Of a DNA stretch of 64,000 bases, positions 50,501 through 64,000 are shown piece after piece. Made by a program: the position numbers and the translations under genes. Below the pieces are notes generated by a model. The model worked only from the letters and a program-made list of their open reading frames with translations, searched no databases and was not told where the DNA came from. Origin of the DNA: Strigamia acuminata (Eukaryota). Position 1 is the stretch's first letter. Every line of letters starts with the position of its first letter. The stretch spans positions 18,972,001 through 19,036,000 of the forward strand of contig OX442314.1 in assembly GCA_949358305.1 (NCBI GenBank), read 5' to 3'.

Positions 50501-52465
50501 GCATCTCATCTCGTACACGACGCTTCAGATTGAACACGTAAAGAGCGATTACCCAACCCTTGGGTATACAACTTTAATCAACGGGCACCTATAGTGCCGA
50601 AATTACTCCATAAAAATCAAAAGCAAACGTGGCGATAATAAACTTGAAAGGAAAAAAAGGCTTGTGTTGGACCAGATATAGAATTAAATAAACAAACCAC
50701 AATGTTTGCATTTCTAAACCCGCCCAAATCTCTCTAATTCCTCCGCCATCAACCAATATTGACTATGCTTTAATGTATGCTTATCGCAAAAATGTCATCT
50801 AAAATTTGTCAACAGTCAACAAGAACAAATCACGTTTTAACAGTCGCCTGGCAATTTACTTGACCTCAGTTTAGCTTCAGTTGGCGCCGAGCAATTGCAT
50901 GCGAAAAGTCTAAATGAAAATGGAGGAAGTAAAATTGTGACGGAACGATTAATGTACCGGATCAAATTTCATTCCCGATTTCCCCGGCAAAAGAAGAAAA
51001 AAAAAAAAACCGAACGAGTTTTTAGATAACCTCACAAATTAAAAATCAATCCATCACAAACGTGTGAAGTTTTAATTTTCCAAGCATATGAAATTCCCCA
51101 ATAATCAGAAACCTTCAGACACAATTACAATTACAATACAATCAATGTATTAATTTGCATCCACAGTTCCAATAACAAGAGTGTGATTAAAGTAGAATCA
51201 GTTTTCACTCCATTCTCCCAACCAATTAAAGTCGCAATGAAGCGATAGGTAGGCCAAGCCGATTCCCACTCTTCGGGGTACAACTTGACTAATGAATTAA
51301 TATCTAGTTCCAACACCAGGAACTCTATTGATAGACCAGCCCACTCCAATGGCGCCTGCCCTCCACCGCACATCAATTCAAAGTGCTTTTACGTTCGTCT
51401 TTTTCCACCAACTTAACGTTCTTAACGTGAGTTTAAAAGCAAAGTTCCTTGCATTACAGAGTAGGGATTTAAAGCGAGTCCACGCAGCCCAACGCTAACC
51501 ACAATAAACAGATCTCCCATAATTGCACGTACAATTAGGCCCAAGCAATTAATATAAATGAAACAGTAGAATTGGCGCCACAATGCAATCCCAGAGGAAC
51601 ATTTTTTTTTCTTGGGTGGGGGTGTGTTAAGGACATTCCTGTGTCCCCCATCATTAAGGCCGAGTCAAATCCATTAGACACACCATAGCCCGTTCAAATA
51701 TCTACAAATTAAAGCGTGAAAAATTTAAAACTTATTAAGTCTATTCCTTCCAGTACCAAACCCACACCCACACTAAAAATGTAGATCTTTCGATTAACTA
51801 CATTGAAATTGAATTTTTAATTTTTTTTTTTAAAGCAAAATTGTGCAAAAATGCACGTTCATGTCTTTTGTTGTATCATAATCCACAGATAATTTATTAT
51901 CCCTAGAAATTTATCTGATTTTCCAAATTCTTGATGGCCACTAAATGCCAGTGTGTGTGTTCTTGATGGCTTATTAATTTGTTTGTTTTACTAACACAAA
52001 CAATTTACGCCAACATTTCACTACACGACACCTCAAAAATATTTGACCAACAGTTTGAGTAAACAAGTCATGATCGCATCTCACAACACAACAGCAGCAA
52101 CGGCCCAACCAGAACCATAAATGACTGCAAAGGTCATTAAGCTAAACAAACAATAGTAAACATACATCAGATTTGCTGATACACAACTGTTTTTCGAGTT
52201 TAAAATTTCAAAACAAAATCCCCTCTTCCAAACACTCAACATCCAATTACAACTTCAGTTACTTCACAGCAATAACTGCAAAATTACACAAATATTTAAT
52301 TCGCATTGCAATGGCGTCAATAGAGATAAACTCTCTTTCCTGCGCCCATAAAAAACCATAATGGATCACGAGTCAACGGTCAGGCTACGTGCGAATGTGA
52401 GCAAAATGTAAAAGGAGATAGGAATTTCAAAATTTTATTCGGACAAATATCGCATCTTCTTGCTG

Positions 52466-52483
52466 CACACACACACACACACA
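52466..52483. repeat. (CA)n microsatellite
   Basis: Direct reading of the sequence. Confidence 0.85.
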
Positions 52484-55400
52484 CCTCTACAACATTCACA
52501 CCAAGGACTTGGCTGTATCGACCGTTCTTCCCACGAAGACACAGATCAATAGACCTAATGGCGGTTTTGAAGGAGAGGTGCAATTCTAGTCACGAAAGTC
52601 GAGAGCATTCTAGCACATAAATCAAGCAGCTTATCATCAACAGATAGGAGGCTTTTGTGTTTAGTTGCCTACGTGATCCAGGATGCAAATATATTTCATC
52701 TGCATGTGGGTCACAATGAGGAGTTAATTTCCAATAGTGTTATGTAGATTTATCGCTCTCGTGTGGACTTGTTTCATTCCAAGTGGGAAATGGTTTGATT
52801 ATCACGTAATTCAATTCACTGCTACCATTTTTTTCCCCCCTTTCTCCAAACGCCACACTCACTTTCCTATTAGTGCACTGACCTCTCTTTTTCGCCCACT
52901 CCAACGTTTCGGAGCTTGAGAGAAATTAAAGAGTACGAAACTTAAAATCACTGACAAAACAAATAATTACCAACATTTTCAAATCGTCACGACGACATTT
53001 TCTGAGAAACTGGTTTTCATTAGTGTTGCACATTTCATTCCCAAATGTTCTTTTACAGCCACTTGAACACGTTTATGCTTGTAATTCAATAATCTATCAA
53101 CTATCGCTGTGTGTGTGTCAACTTTGAAGTGTGGATTTTTGCCTAACAAAGCGATCATACTGTGACAACATATGATCAACTATTAATGCTATCATCTCTC
53201 ACACAAATTTATCATCAGCCTTGTCAACACTATTGGACTTGTTCCCTTTTTTTCTCCCATTTTTTTTTCGTCTTCTTTCTTCGGCTTCACTTAATCTTTA
53301 TTGAAGGAATCAGAGGAAATTGTTAGGCTGCTGACATTTTTATCAGAAGAACATCTCAAAAGGGGATGGGGCAAAGTCAAGAAAAGCCAAACCAACATCC
53401 ACAAGAAAACAATCGTAATATAAGAATAAATTGCCTCTAGTACATAAACTAATGAAATTACGTCGAACTTTGCTACAATCCATCTTTGTTGCCCATAGTC
53501 CCAGCCGGGAAACACTAAACTCTTTCATAAATTCATTTAGACTAAACTCCATGTTTAAACGACTTTTCTCAATCTAACTTCAAAAATGGCGGCCGATTTA
53601 GTCAGTTTTTCAGTCACAGTGGGAAACATTTGGTCCCATAATAAAAGCATATAAAGCAGCTCAAAATATGTAGTCCTTTTCTTTTCTTCCTCTTTTTTCT
53701 AAATTAATTAATTTTTTAATTATACTACACCTGCTATCTTTGTGTACATGGGCAGTTAAAACACTTTTACATACTTCCTTATGGCAACAATAAATATTTG
53801 ATATACCTTAACCTTTCCTGCACATTCTATTCAAACCTTTGGAGCCGCGCCACCCACAGACATGTGCCCAACATGTGTATACTATCTCCCCTCGAAAGAG
53901 CCATTCATCCATGACCCATTAATCCCTTTAGCAAGTCCACCAGCATATCAAAAAGCGCCCATTAGCAAGAATGCAGACAGTCTTTGACACCATCTGGATG
54001 ACAGCAGCCTGTGGTTCCTTATAGACGGACGCCTCATTAAACCGTACAACAAGAACCCCTTTTGGATCGCTTGGCTTCCAGCAGTCGGAACTGCAAACCC
54101 CAAAGACCAAGACGCTGCTATTCCCTGCCATAGGCAAATATGCATTCTTGAGGAAGGGAGGAACGGATATTGATCTAGAACCTTGTTATTCCACTCAGTC
54201 GATGGAAAGCAGCTGGCGAAGAAGTTTTCCGACGGAAAAAAATTGTCTGTAGAACTACAATTTCAACAAAGGAACAAGAGATTCCGTTTTTTGACATCAA
54301 CTAACGATAACATAGCGGCGCTTTGTCCAAAGCTTCTGTTGTTGATGGTGAAAGAAACGACGACCGGATAATTTACAATTCCGCAGCGGAACTTGGTGCG
54401 AGATAAAATTGAACAACACTTATGGAAGACATTTTAACCGAAAGTAAATCGCCAATAATGATAGCAGAGCAGAAGGACAAGCGACTGCATTTCTATTTTA
54501 AGTGCCTCAACAAGTTATTTCTTTTGTTTGTTTTTCTTTTGCATGTAAATGATATTGTTTTCGTTTTTCCTTGAGCTAATTTCATCATTTGTACTTGCAG
54601 ATATGGTAATAATACTACCAACAATTTATCACATTTTAAAACGTTTCTGGAAATCTGGGATTCAATTGCCCTAAATTCCATGCTAATTATATGCAAATTT
54701 TTAATTACTAGACGTAAAAAAAAGCTTGCCAGTCCGGTTTTTTTTCAAACAATTTTTTCTAAGTCCTTCTTCATATCATGAAAAGTTTTAACATCATTTC
54801 TACAATTATTCGAGTATTTAAATCGATTTTAATTAGAAAAAATAAAAAATAAAAACCCCGAAGAAAAAAAAACTCTTGGAAACGGTCCTCGCCAGTGTTT
54901 TTTATTGGTAGCTCCGTGCCAATAATTAAAAATTGATTTCAATTAATTTTTTTTTAAAAAAAAATAATTTTTTTAAATCCAACTTTTTCTCTTTTCCAAT
55001 TATGATGTCGTGATGATAATGACACCGTTTTTTCCATCCATTTTTGGTGTGACTTTTCCTCCCCGTGTTTCCAAGTGAGAATTAGATTTAATTTATTATT
55101 TAGTATTTCCTCCTTGCTCTGTTTTGACAAGTTACGTTGATTTGTTGCAAATTGTATCATGCCCATAATTAGCCTCTTGACGGCCAGCTGCATTGCAAAT
55201 GTCATTTTAGGCTTAAATAATTACAATATTCTCTTTCCAACGTTAATTCCCAAACCCTCTTAAAATTTCATCTTTAAAGCCCGAATACGATCTGATATGA
55301 GTAATTACTAAACTCATCCATAAATTAAAATTACAAATTCGCTAATTATTTCACTCATATATTTTTTACATTTAAATTTCCAAAATCTAAATACTGGGAC

Positions 55401-55777
55401 TTTTAAATCCCCATTACAAGAAATCCAGAAAAATAAGCCCATTTACCACAAATCTCCATGAATGGATCTTTGTTTATTTTCTTGCAATTTTTTCTAACCA
55501 TCTTCTTCAGGAAGGAACATCTTCTAAATCCATCATCCTCAAAGTGTTGCATCCTTCAAGAACCCCACAGTTGGACGTCCATTTCACCCAACACCCCCTC
55601 TTGAGTTTCCATTTCCACACAAATCCAAAGATCATTAAGTGAAAGTGATCTCTCAAACAACATTCATCAAAGGCATAAAAAGACTCGAAAGAGAAAGAAA
55701 GAAATCGAAAAAAATAACCGCCATTAACGACCCCCGCACTATTCTTCTTTTCGTTTTCTTTTTTCATTAAAACTTAC

Positions 55778-55862
55778 CTTTTTTTCTTGGTTGAATTAAA
55801 TTATACACAATCTAGGAATGCAAGAAATGGGACTTACCTAAAAAAAAAATAGAAAAAAAACA
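55778..55862 (-). promoter_or_regulatory. Candidate recursive splice site (ratchet point) with 60-nt cryptic RS-exon in the long 5' intron of Eph
   Basis: Minus strand TTTTTTTTCTATTTTTTTTTTAG|GTAAGTCCC at 55838/55837, then a second donor AAG|GTAAGTT at 55778/55777. Confidence 0.65.
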
Positions 55863-58800
55863 ACTTATCAATAATCAAGTATCATAGTCATAGCAACTAA
55901 ATCAAATAACTTAATCTTAAGTCCAGACTTAAAAAAAATTCGAGTGAGTTTTTGCCACTATTTTAACTGATGAAGGGATAACACTTGAAGGACAAGCTAC
56001 TGCTACTTTATACATGATGACACGGATTGTCTTTATAATTTATAATTAGGCCTACTGGCATTACAGTTTTTTTTTTAAACTTTATTTTTATAAATCATCA
56101 GTCTTTGTTCTATAATCCTCATTTAAAAAATAGATCAATGCAAAATTATTTTGTCTTGTTTTTAGTGCACTCAAAACCAAACTACGAAATAAATAAATTT
56201 TAATAAGACAGCTTTATTTTTACGAACTTAATAGAGTTTGCGTTGGTTATAGTGATAAAATTCTAGACATTAGTTTTCCCCTACATAAGTTACAACTCGT
56301 TACAACTGGAATGCAAATGGCGATGACCTCTAATCGCCGCCATATGCAATTCCGTTTTTATTCTGTGCAGTACAAGTTGTAATTTTAAACTTTTCATACT
56401 TTCACCATTGTTTTTGAAGGAATAAAACAACATCAGCTTTCTATTTAATCAAAATCAGCTCCTGAGAAGTTTGAGAAAAAGTTACATGGCGCACTCTCAC
56501 TCTTTCCAGCTGATAAACATATCGCAAACACGAGAAAATAGCAAACGCAACAATCGCATAGTCAAGTAGCAATAATTTTGGATGAAATGAAATACTTGGA
56601 ATTCTCGAGTGGAAACTTAAACAAGCTCTTAAAACCTAATTTTATTACAGTCTGCACTATCAATTTACGTTTACGTGGAAAAATAGATAAAAACCAAAGG
56701 TTGTGATTAGGAGTTCTCCGTTCAATCAAATCCATTAGACCAAAAGAACCTTTGCCACAGACAGTAATGGGACTGTCACATCAAAGAGTCACCACAGAGA
56801 AAACGGGGAAGAAGAAGAACGTTCAAAATCGACTGGAACCGAGAAGACTTTAATGGAATCTATTAACAGCCGTCGCTATGGCAACCAATGGACTATTCAG
56901 GTGGTCCATTGGAATGGAAGAGCGAAGAGAGGGGAATGGCAAACAAGTCCTAAAGTCAACTGTAACTTGATGACTGAGAGGGGAGTCAGGGATTCAGTCA
57001 AGGCATCTTCTACCATAAAAACAGATTGCACTCTGGGATTCTCTTTTACATTTTTGCAAAAATAGGGGGTTGCCAAGCTCCAGATATTATTTCACGCGAA
57101 TTGGGTCAAACTATTGCTACCACAATCCAATGTGCGAAGTAGGTGAAAAGTCTCTCTGGTGGACAATGGATCGTGCTTTACTGGATGAAAAAGGTCCAGC
57201 AGGGTCACTTGGTTTCAGCCATCTGTCTACAAGAGATTTTGGCTCGGGTTTCATTTCCAATACCTAGCAAGCTTTTGTCAACGTCCCCAAAAGGGAAGGG
57301 GAAAGAAAAAATATCACGAAAGAGGAAAAGCGAGCCCTTATCCAGTGTCAACAGGCATTGAGCATAACACGACAAACTTGACGAAATATTGAAAAAACAG
57401 ATTTACCCAGTATCAACATCTTGAGATAAGGAAAAAAAATACAACCACGCGCAACTTTCACTCACTTCATTCAATGAAAAGAAAATCTCTCAATTGGACA
57501 CCAAATTTAAAACAATTTTTTACTTTTTTCCACAATTTTTGACATTTTATAACGTCACATTTGGAATTATTATTTAATAACGTCGAAGAAACCAAGCAAC
57601 ATTTAAATATTGATGCGTGTGTTTTCAAAATAATATCGAATAACGATAAAATCCAATATTAATACACGATGCTAATTTAATAATCACGACCGACGATAAA
57701 TTTCCCAAATTTCAAAACAAACAAATTAATTAACCAAAATATATAAATAAAATAAAGCCCCACGAGCCAACAACACAATGATATATATTTATAATAATAA
57801 AAAATTTCATCACGAAACCTGTCAAAAAACTCCAGAGAGAGCAGAGAAATCCTGTGAAGTGTCAAAGCCATTTTCTTTGGGCAAAACTAGACAAGTTTGA
57901 AAATTGTTCCATCTCTATATCCACCTCACCGCTTCTCCTACGTGTAAAGTTGTCGTTGTATTGATTAGCCGTTGAGCTCCTGATTTCCCAAAGGTCTCTG
58001 CAAGGGCTTCATCTCTTGATTAGCATGACAGCTATAGGCCTTGCGTGGAATGCACGTGGCGCCACTCGCTCACAATCAATAGTCTAATTGCTGCATGCAA
58101 CTCCATACCATCACCCAAAAAGAAAGGAAATGGAAAAGGGGAAACAAAAAAAGCAAACCCTCTTTCAACGGAAGTACGTCGAGAAATGAAAATAGTTCCG
58201 CATCAACCCATGTCAAATTCGCATCATTTTTGCAATCAAACAGAGAAAACATTAAAAACAAGCAACTTTTTTTGAAAAATAAATATTATTGCACGAATGG
58301 GATCCATCTGGATCCAAAGGGATAAATAAAAGCAACTACTAGTCTACCACCCGCATTGTATCAGCTGTTCTGTTGCAAATCTGTTTATTTTTCTTTCACA
58401 CAAGAATCAGCTTTTCCTCGTCCACTGCCATGATCTCTCGTGTTGACTCAGGTGACCGGTTCCCAAAATGCAACACACGCGACTCGATCGAACACGTTCA
58501 ACAACCAAAAGAATATACGGGAGCCGAGTTTCAGCACCTAAACACTTTTTACGAAGATCTGCAGAACCGACTGTGATTTATAGATGCAATGCATGAGAGT
58601 AAATGATCATTTCCAGTAGAGCGAGATTTTAACTTCCATTTTCTCACCCCAAGCTTCACACTCGTCAATAAATCGAAAACTAGGCTGCGGACTAAAGACA
58701 ATCTCGCAAATTCTCGCATAAAATAAGCCAGGCACTGCTGCGGAATATGAATGTGCCCAATAAATAACACCAAAAAAAAAAGATAGAATAAAATATAAAG

Positions 58801-59640
58801 TGAAGCGCTAAATATTAATTTTTCAAATTACGGTATTTTGTATGTAAACCACAGGCTCGAGATTCAGCAACACTACAAGTCCCATATATAAATACGAGAA
58901 ATTCGCCCTTCACTAAAATTCAACAGCCCCCTCCGATTCGAGGAAAAATATTCTCGCTCAGATTTCCTAGACCGATCGAAACCGCAACCAATAAAAAGGT
59001 GGGTTGGACCAATTTGCACGCTTCAAGCTCTGGGACCCTAAAATTGAGCCACGCTAAAAAATAATGCGACTCAACATTTATTGGTCCCTATTGCTGCCAA
59101 GAAAGATTAAACACAGTCTTAAAACGACTAATTGCTATTCTCGGTAAAAGGTAAACTAAAAATTAAATTTTTTTTTAAAAGAGGGGTTAACAACCATCTT
59201 TAAATACATTAATGTTGCGGGAAAAAAATTAAATAAACCGAACCAGTTCGCGAGTAAAACCAACTCTCGTGATTGAAGTCAATATATTTATCCAGTGAAT
59301 TATTGCAGGCAATGGAATTGTAATTTTATGTTATCAAAACGGGCTTGGAGAGGTGTAAGGCTAATTTACTAGCTGTACAAGAACGATAGAAAACTGCTGT
59401 AATTTATTGGCTTCGATAAAGAAAAATGCCAAGATAAAATTACCAAAAACGCTGCACTTTGCTTTGTGTACTTATTAATTGTAATCGCAGGACCTTTCTC
59501 AACGTCTATCTCAACGTTGGGAAATCTCTCAACTTTTCTTTTAAAAACAAATAAAATTCCAAAATAAATTAAGCCGTAATTCCATAACAGATCCGAAATA
59601 AAATGCATCAACGTCGACAAGCTAATTCAGAAAAGTATTG

Positions 59641-59673
59641 GAGAGAGAGAGAGAGAGAAGGAAAGAGAGAGAC
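59641..59673. repeat. Interrupted (GA)n microsatellite
   Basis: Direct reading of the sequence. Confidence 0.85.
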
Positions 59674-61902
59674 AGACCCCTTAAAAATTATCCGTTTATC
59701 TCAAATCGATTCAAGCCCTTCACATTAAAGAAAGTGTGTTGCACCCAAGTCTTAAACTTTTGAATAATGTGAAATGTTTCAAACTTTGAACGAAATGGCC
59801 GCTCCCATTATTGGATTATATTGAAAATCTTATCAAATCTCAACTAATAATTGAATCAAATCTTGGCTTGGTTTCCAAGGCGACGGTAAAAATCATGGCG
59901 TTAGAGCGCAATCTCATTTAACCACATATGAAAAAGGTCTCCTCCATCCCTTTAAATCATTTTTAATTGACAAAAAAATATTATTTTCTTTCTCATGTTG
60001 CTTAAAACCTCACATTCAATCACTATTTAAATGATTACTACACTTTTCATTTCCCATCAAAAAAAAAATAAATTTAAATTCATTTTTAACATGAAAATGA
60101 CGGATCTGCACATTCGAAATAATACACTTGGCTTCCTCCGAATGCTTTCAAACCCACGAAAAACTCATCTAAACCACACATCCTCTCGTTAAACATCCTT
60201 TTCCTCTTCTCTCTTATATTTCCCATTTTTATCAATTTATCAAACAACACACCCAAATATTTGATTGTTGCTATCAACTTTACTTTAAGGGTGGAAGACA
60301 TTCAAGGTAGATTCTTCCTCTCCTTGCTATTGATCCGACAGATAGGGAGAGAAGGCGCAATCACATTTTCCTAACCTCTGCACTTGCAGCTGCAATACCA
60401 GCGCTCAAAATTACTCTACTGTATTCTACCTCTGGTGACATGTACTGCTCAGCCCGAAACTTCATTCAATATTTTTCTCCTCGCTGTTAGCGCGACCCAG
60501 ATAAGTCGTTTGTGAAAATACAGTACTTAGTCAAATTAATATGCGCATATAAAACGTGAAAAATAATTGGCAAGCACACAAAGGAGCCACGCTTTTTGCA
60601 CTCCAAAACGAAAGACGACACCAGCATGCTAAATGACAATTTTTGGAAAAAAAAAAAAGAAATAAAAAGATTTCTGCCGCGTTTTGTAAATATCCGATTT
60701 CTGCGACTGGTAATTCGCAACGCTGCAAATGAAATTCATCCGGGTGAATCGTTTAAATAAATTATCTAATTTTTTTTTAACTTTTAATTTATAATGTACA
60801 TCCGAGTGTAGTTATTAAAATTCAAAATAGTATCTTTACCGCACCCATAACACTTCCACCAACAATAAAACGGAAAAAAGGGTTTGTTGATTATCCTAAA
60901 GGCCCTACATTACAAGATTAGCAATTGTTTTTTATGTTTTTTTACGAGCAGTTCAATGTTTTTAACATCTATCAATTAAAATTACGATAAGTCTTAAAGG
61001 CATCGTTCTAATCTGTACCTAGAGCATTCTAACGCATTCATTATTTAGTATAAAAAAAGTAGTAAAACGATGCTAGTTATACATTTTATCGCTTTCCTGT
61101 CCACACCCTCCTGGCTTTTTGGATAATTATTAAAATGGCGGGTCCTGCTATTGTTGACATGGTGGCAACCACCTGCCCATTCGCCACTCCATGCGACATG
61201 ACCTGTCCATCAACCACCGGCTTAATTACAGGTGCTGCCAACTCACTGATTTCCCCCTAACATTGATCCAACACCCAAATGCGCATTATTTCTCATCTGA
61301 CCAAAACTCTATTTCCACATTCCCAAGGCTTAGCAAGTCCAAAAAAATGCGTTGTATAAAAATCGTAATATGTAACTAAATTGGCACATTTTGCAACTTT
61401 TATTGCTGGTACAAAACGTGACAATGAGTTGGTTTTTATTACTGCAATTACCAGAATTATACCTCGTATTATTAACATCTTTTTATTTGAAATTTTTCTT
61501 ACTTCAGAATAAGTAACAACAACCCATTAAGTCAACAAAAAGACCGTTTACGAGTGACATAATGCAAAAACTCTCGTTTATTGGCGATAAACTTTTGCTA
61601 GATGAACACTTCATCCACCGCGGCCAATTTACATTTAATAAACAAACGGTAATCGTAAACAATATATATATTTTCATTTAATTTACATAGGAATAAATTG
61701 CAATGCCGGAGTTATTGTGTGGGATTAGATAAGAGCTCCGGTTACACTTGTTCTAGCAATTTTAACTAGAATAGATTTTGTCTTGCGGTTAACCCACACT
61801 ATGGCTTCAAATTGCCAAGAAACCACACACACTAGAAATTATATACATAACCACAAAACAGTTTATCAATCTGTCCGACTTTTACTAAAGAAATTCCAGT
61901 TA

Positions 61903-61903
<1 letters not shown>

Positions 61904-61934
<31 letters not shown>

Positions 61935-61937
61935 ATA
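61904..61937. repeat. (TAAA)n microsatellite
   Basis: Direct reading of the sequence. Confidence 0.85.
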
Positions 61938-64000
61938 GATCTAAGAGTTATCGCTTCAGTCTATCGGTTCAACATTTTTAGACTGGTCATGCTCCAATTT
62001 CGACTTTAATCTAACTCCAATCTATGTTGTTTGTTTTATTGAATTGTTCCGAAATTCTAAAGAAGAAAAATAAAATCTCCTTCGAAGCTATAAAGCGTTT
62101 AATTCGCACATAAACGAAAACACGCGATAAACATGCAGTGACATTTTTAGCCAGCAGTCTGATTTGCGGTTGTAGCATTAAAAGTGTTTCAAAAGTTAAG
62201 CATGAGATCTCTGTGGAAACACAATAGCATTTAGTTGGCGCACGAGACCCTGGTTTGAGTAAATTTGCCCATTTAGACGTTCGTTTGTGAACAAAAGTGG
62301 CATTTCAAAACAAGCGCACGAAGAAACAAACCCAGGCCAGGATGATTGTCATTCCGTTTAATGATTGCATTACACCCGACTACATGAATCTACAGCTCAA
62401 TAATTCGTTTGGAGAAAGTTATCAAAAACTTTTTTCTTTGTGTAATTAAATTTCTTCTTGTTAGAAAAAAAGAAATTGCAATTACATAAACTTAATCATT
62501 CGGTTTTGGTGGGTGAATGAACTCTTTCATCGTTTTCTCTTTTAATTCGCCAGAAGCGAAGAGAACGAACGACTCGCTCTAATAAAACTAAAAGCTTCAA
62601 ATGACAATTGCAAATTTAATTCGTTTGTCGTATCCCGCCTCTACCTCCCCCATAAAAATTACAATTCTGTAAATATACCCAAGAACAGGTTTCTAGCCCA
62701 TCTCTCATCAACGGTTGCCATAGCGACCCCAATTGGCGGTTGCAGTGGCATCACAAAGAATCAGCAATTCCCTTTAGACACCGAAGAGGCCCGCACTTCA
62801 TCATTACTAAGGCAGGGCTTTAAATCAAGACAACAGGATTCACGATTCAGGATTCAGGCCTCTCTCTGCCTATGGGGTTACGGTCATGGCGAACATACAA
62901 TCAAATGTTTCGAGCAATTTCCAGTTCGTACGTGATTGTTAAAAGGTGGGTACAAACGTATCGCACTATCGTTATCACTAGGATAAATATCATAAGGTCA
63001 TAAACCCCGAAAAATTTAATTTAATATTTTGAGAGAAAAAATTTAAGAAATTAAATAATCGTATCGAGTCAACGGAGAAAAGTGTTTCGCGTCAGGTTAC
63101 TTTCTCACTTTTATGCATGAATTGCTTAGATTACAACTCCAGCACCACTGGGGACGATTTCCCGTACAAGCGTGTGATCAATTACGTAATTAAAAATGCA
63201 AAATGCGGGCATTCAATCGTCGGAAACAAGATATTTCCATTCTGTGACTAAATCAAGCCTGAAATACCTTTAGTCTAGTAAAAATCAAACCTTTTACTGA
63301 AATTTCAGCACCGCCATCGTGTTTATTCAAGGAATACCTTTGTTTACCGTTTTTAAATCGATAGATGGATTTGTCACCTCGGTTGCATTTTCCCATATTA
63401 TACCAGCAACTAAAAGCATAGAATCTGGTTCGTAAATAACCGACGAGCAGACAACCGGTCTTGACTAGTGACAGGAGTTGAAACCATTTCGGTTAAAATT
63501 ACTAACTCGACCATTGGCACCCATCTTTGAAGGCCCTTGTGTGATTATATTAAATGATTCATTGACGTCGGTTCAGAGAGTGTAAACAGTTTGAGGCCAA
63601 GTAGGGTCAGGCTTGTGTAGAATATAGTTACATCATTAAAACGCCACCCCACAAGAGGCTTATTTAAAAAACATGAACTGCTACCACCCAAGACTCCACG
63701 TCCCCATCACGGAAAAAAGATATTAAAAATTATAATTTTCGCAATACAACCCGCCTAGTATCCGCATTTATCGCTTGTGCCATCAAACTCACGTGGCCGT
63801 CATCTTGATAAAAGTGCAGTGCACGTTAAGACAACTTTCTCATTAAAAAATAACAAGTTTAAGATATGGTGACGGCAGATTTTTGGCCACAAATAATTCT
63901 CCAGGCGACACAGTAATAGTTTACTTCCTTTTTCGAATCAAGGCTTCGCCGTTGCAGTGGAATTAATAAGAAAATAGGCGCAATTCTCAGATTAAATTGA

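Noticed and set aside
53291..53552. Hydrophobic minus-strand ORF (MLVWLFLTLPHPLLRCSSDKN) as the Eph signal-peptide exon
   Set aside because: No convincing phase-1 donor to match the acceptor at 41550; left unassigned.
41600..64000. Numerous 60-120 aa ORFs in the AT-rich region upstream of the Eph exons
   Set aside because: Biased composition from poly-A/T runs and no recognisable domains; consistent with chance ORFs in a long intron or regulatory region.

Overview
Intron-rich, AT-rich animal genomic DNA; the Eph, rootletin and neprilysin sequences look arthropod-like, but the species cannot be established from this window. Contents left to right: (1) 5' part of a neprilysin/ECE-family M13 metallopeptidase (minus strand, runs off the left edge) with three candidate alternative first coding exons. 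(2) A six-exon plus-strand gene, reconstructed by hand (~731 aa), joining an apparently catalytically dead EXD1/Egalitarian-type 3'-5' exonuclease domain to a long Lys/Arg/Cys/Ser-rich protamine-like repeat region, an acidic patch and a terminal NLS-like motif; a hAT-type MITE sits in one of its introns. (3) A complete EF-hand-less NADPH oxidase whose motifs resemble NOX1/2/3 (gp91phox). (4) A very young 2.57-kb non-autonomous LTR element (identical 145-bp TG...TA LTRs, 5-bp TSD, PBS, PPT) encoding one repetitive acidic protein with no pol. (5) Rootletin, with two candidate alternative first exons. (6) An Eph receptor whose signal-peptide exon was not found; the long upstream region (probably intron 1) contains a strong recursive-splice-site motif with a 60-nt cryptic exon. 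Exon boundaries were inferred manually from GT-AG signals and reading frame, and homology calls come from remembered family motifs, not database searches.
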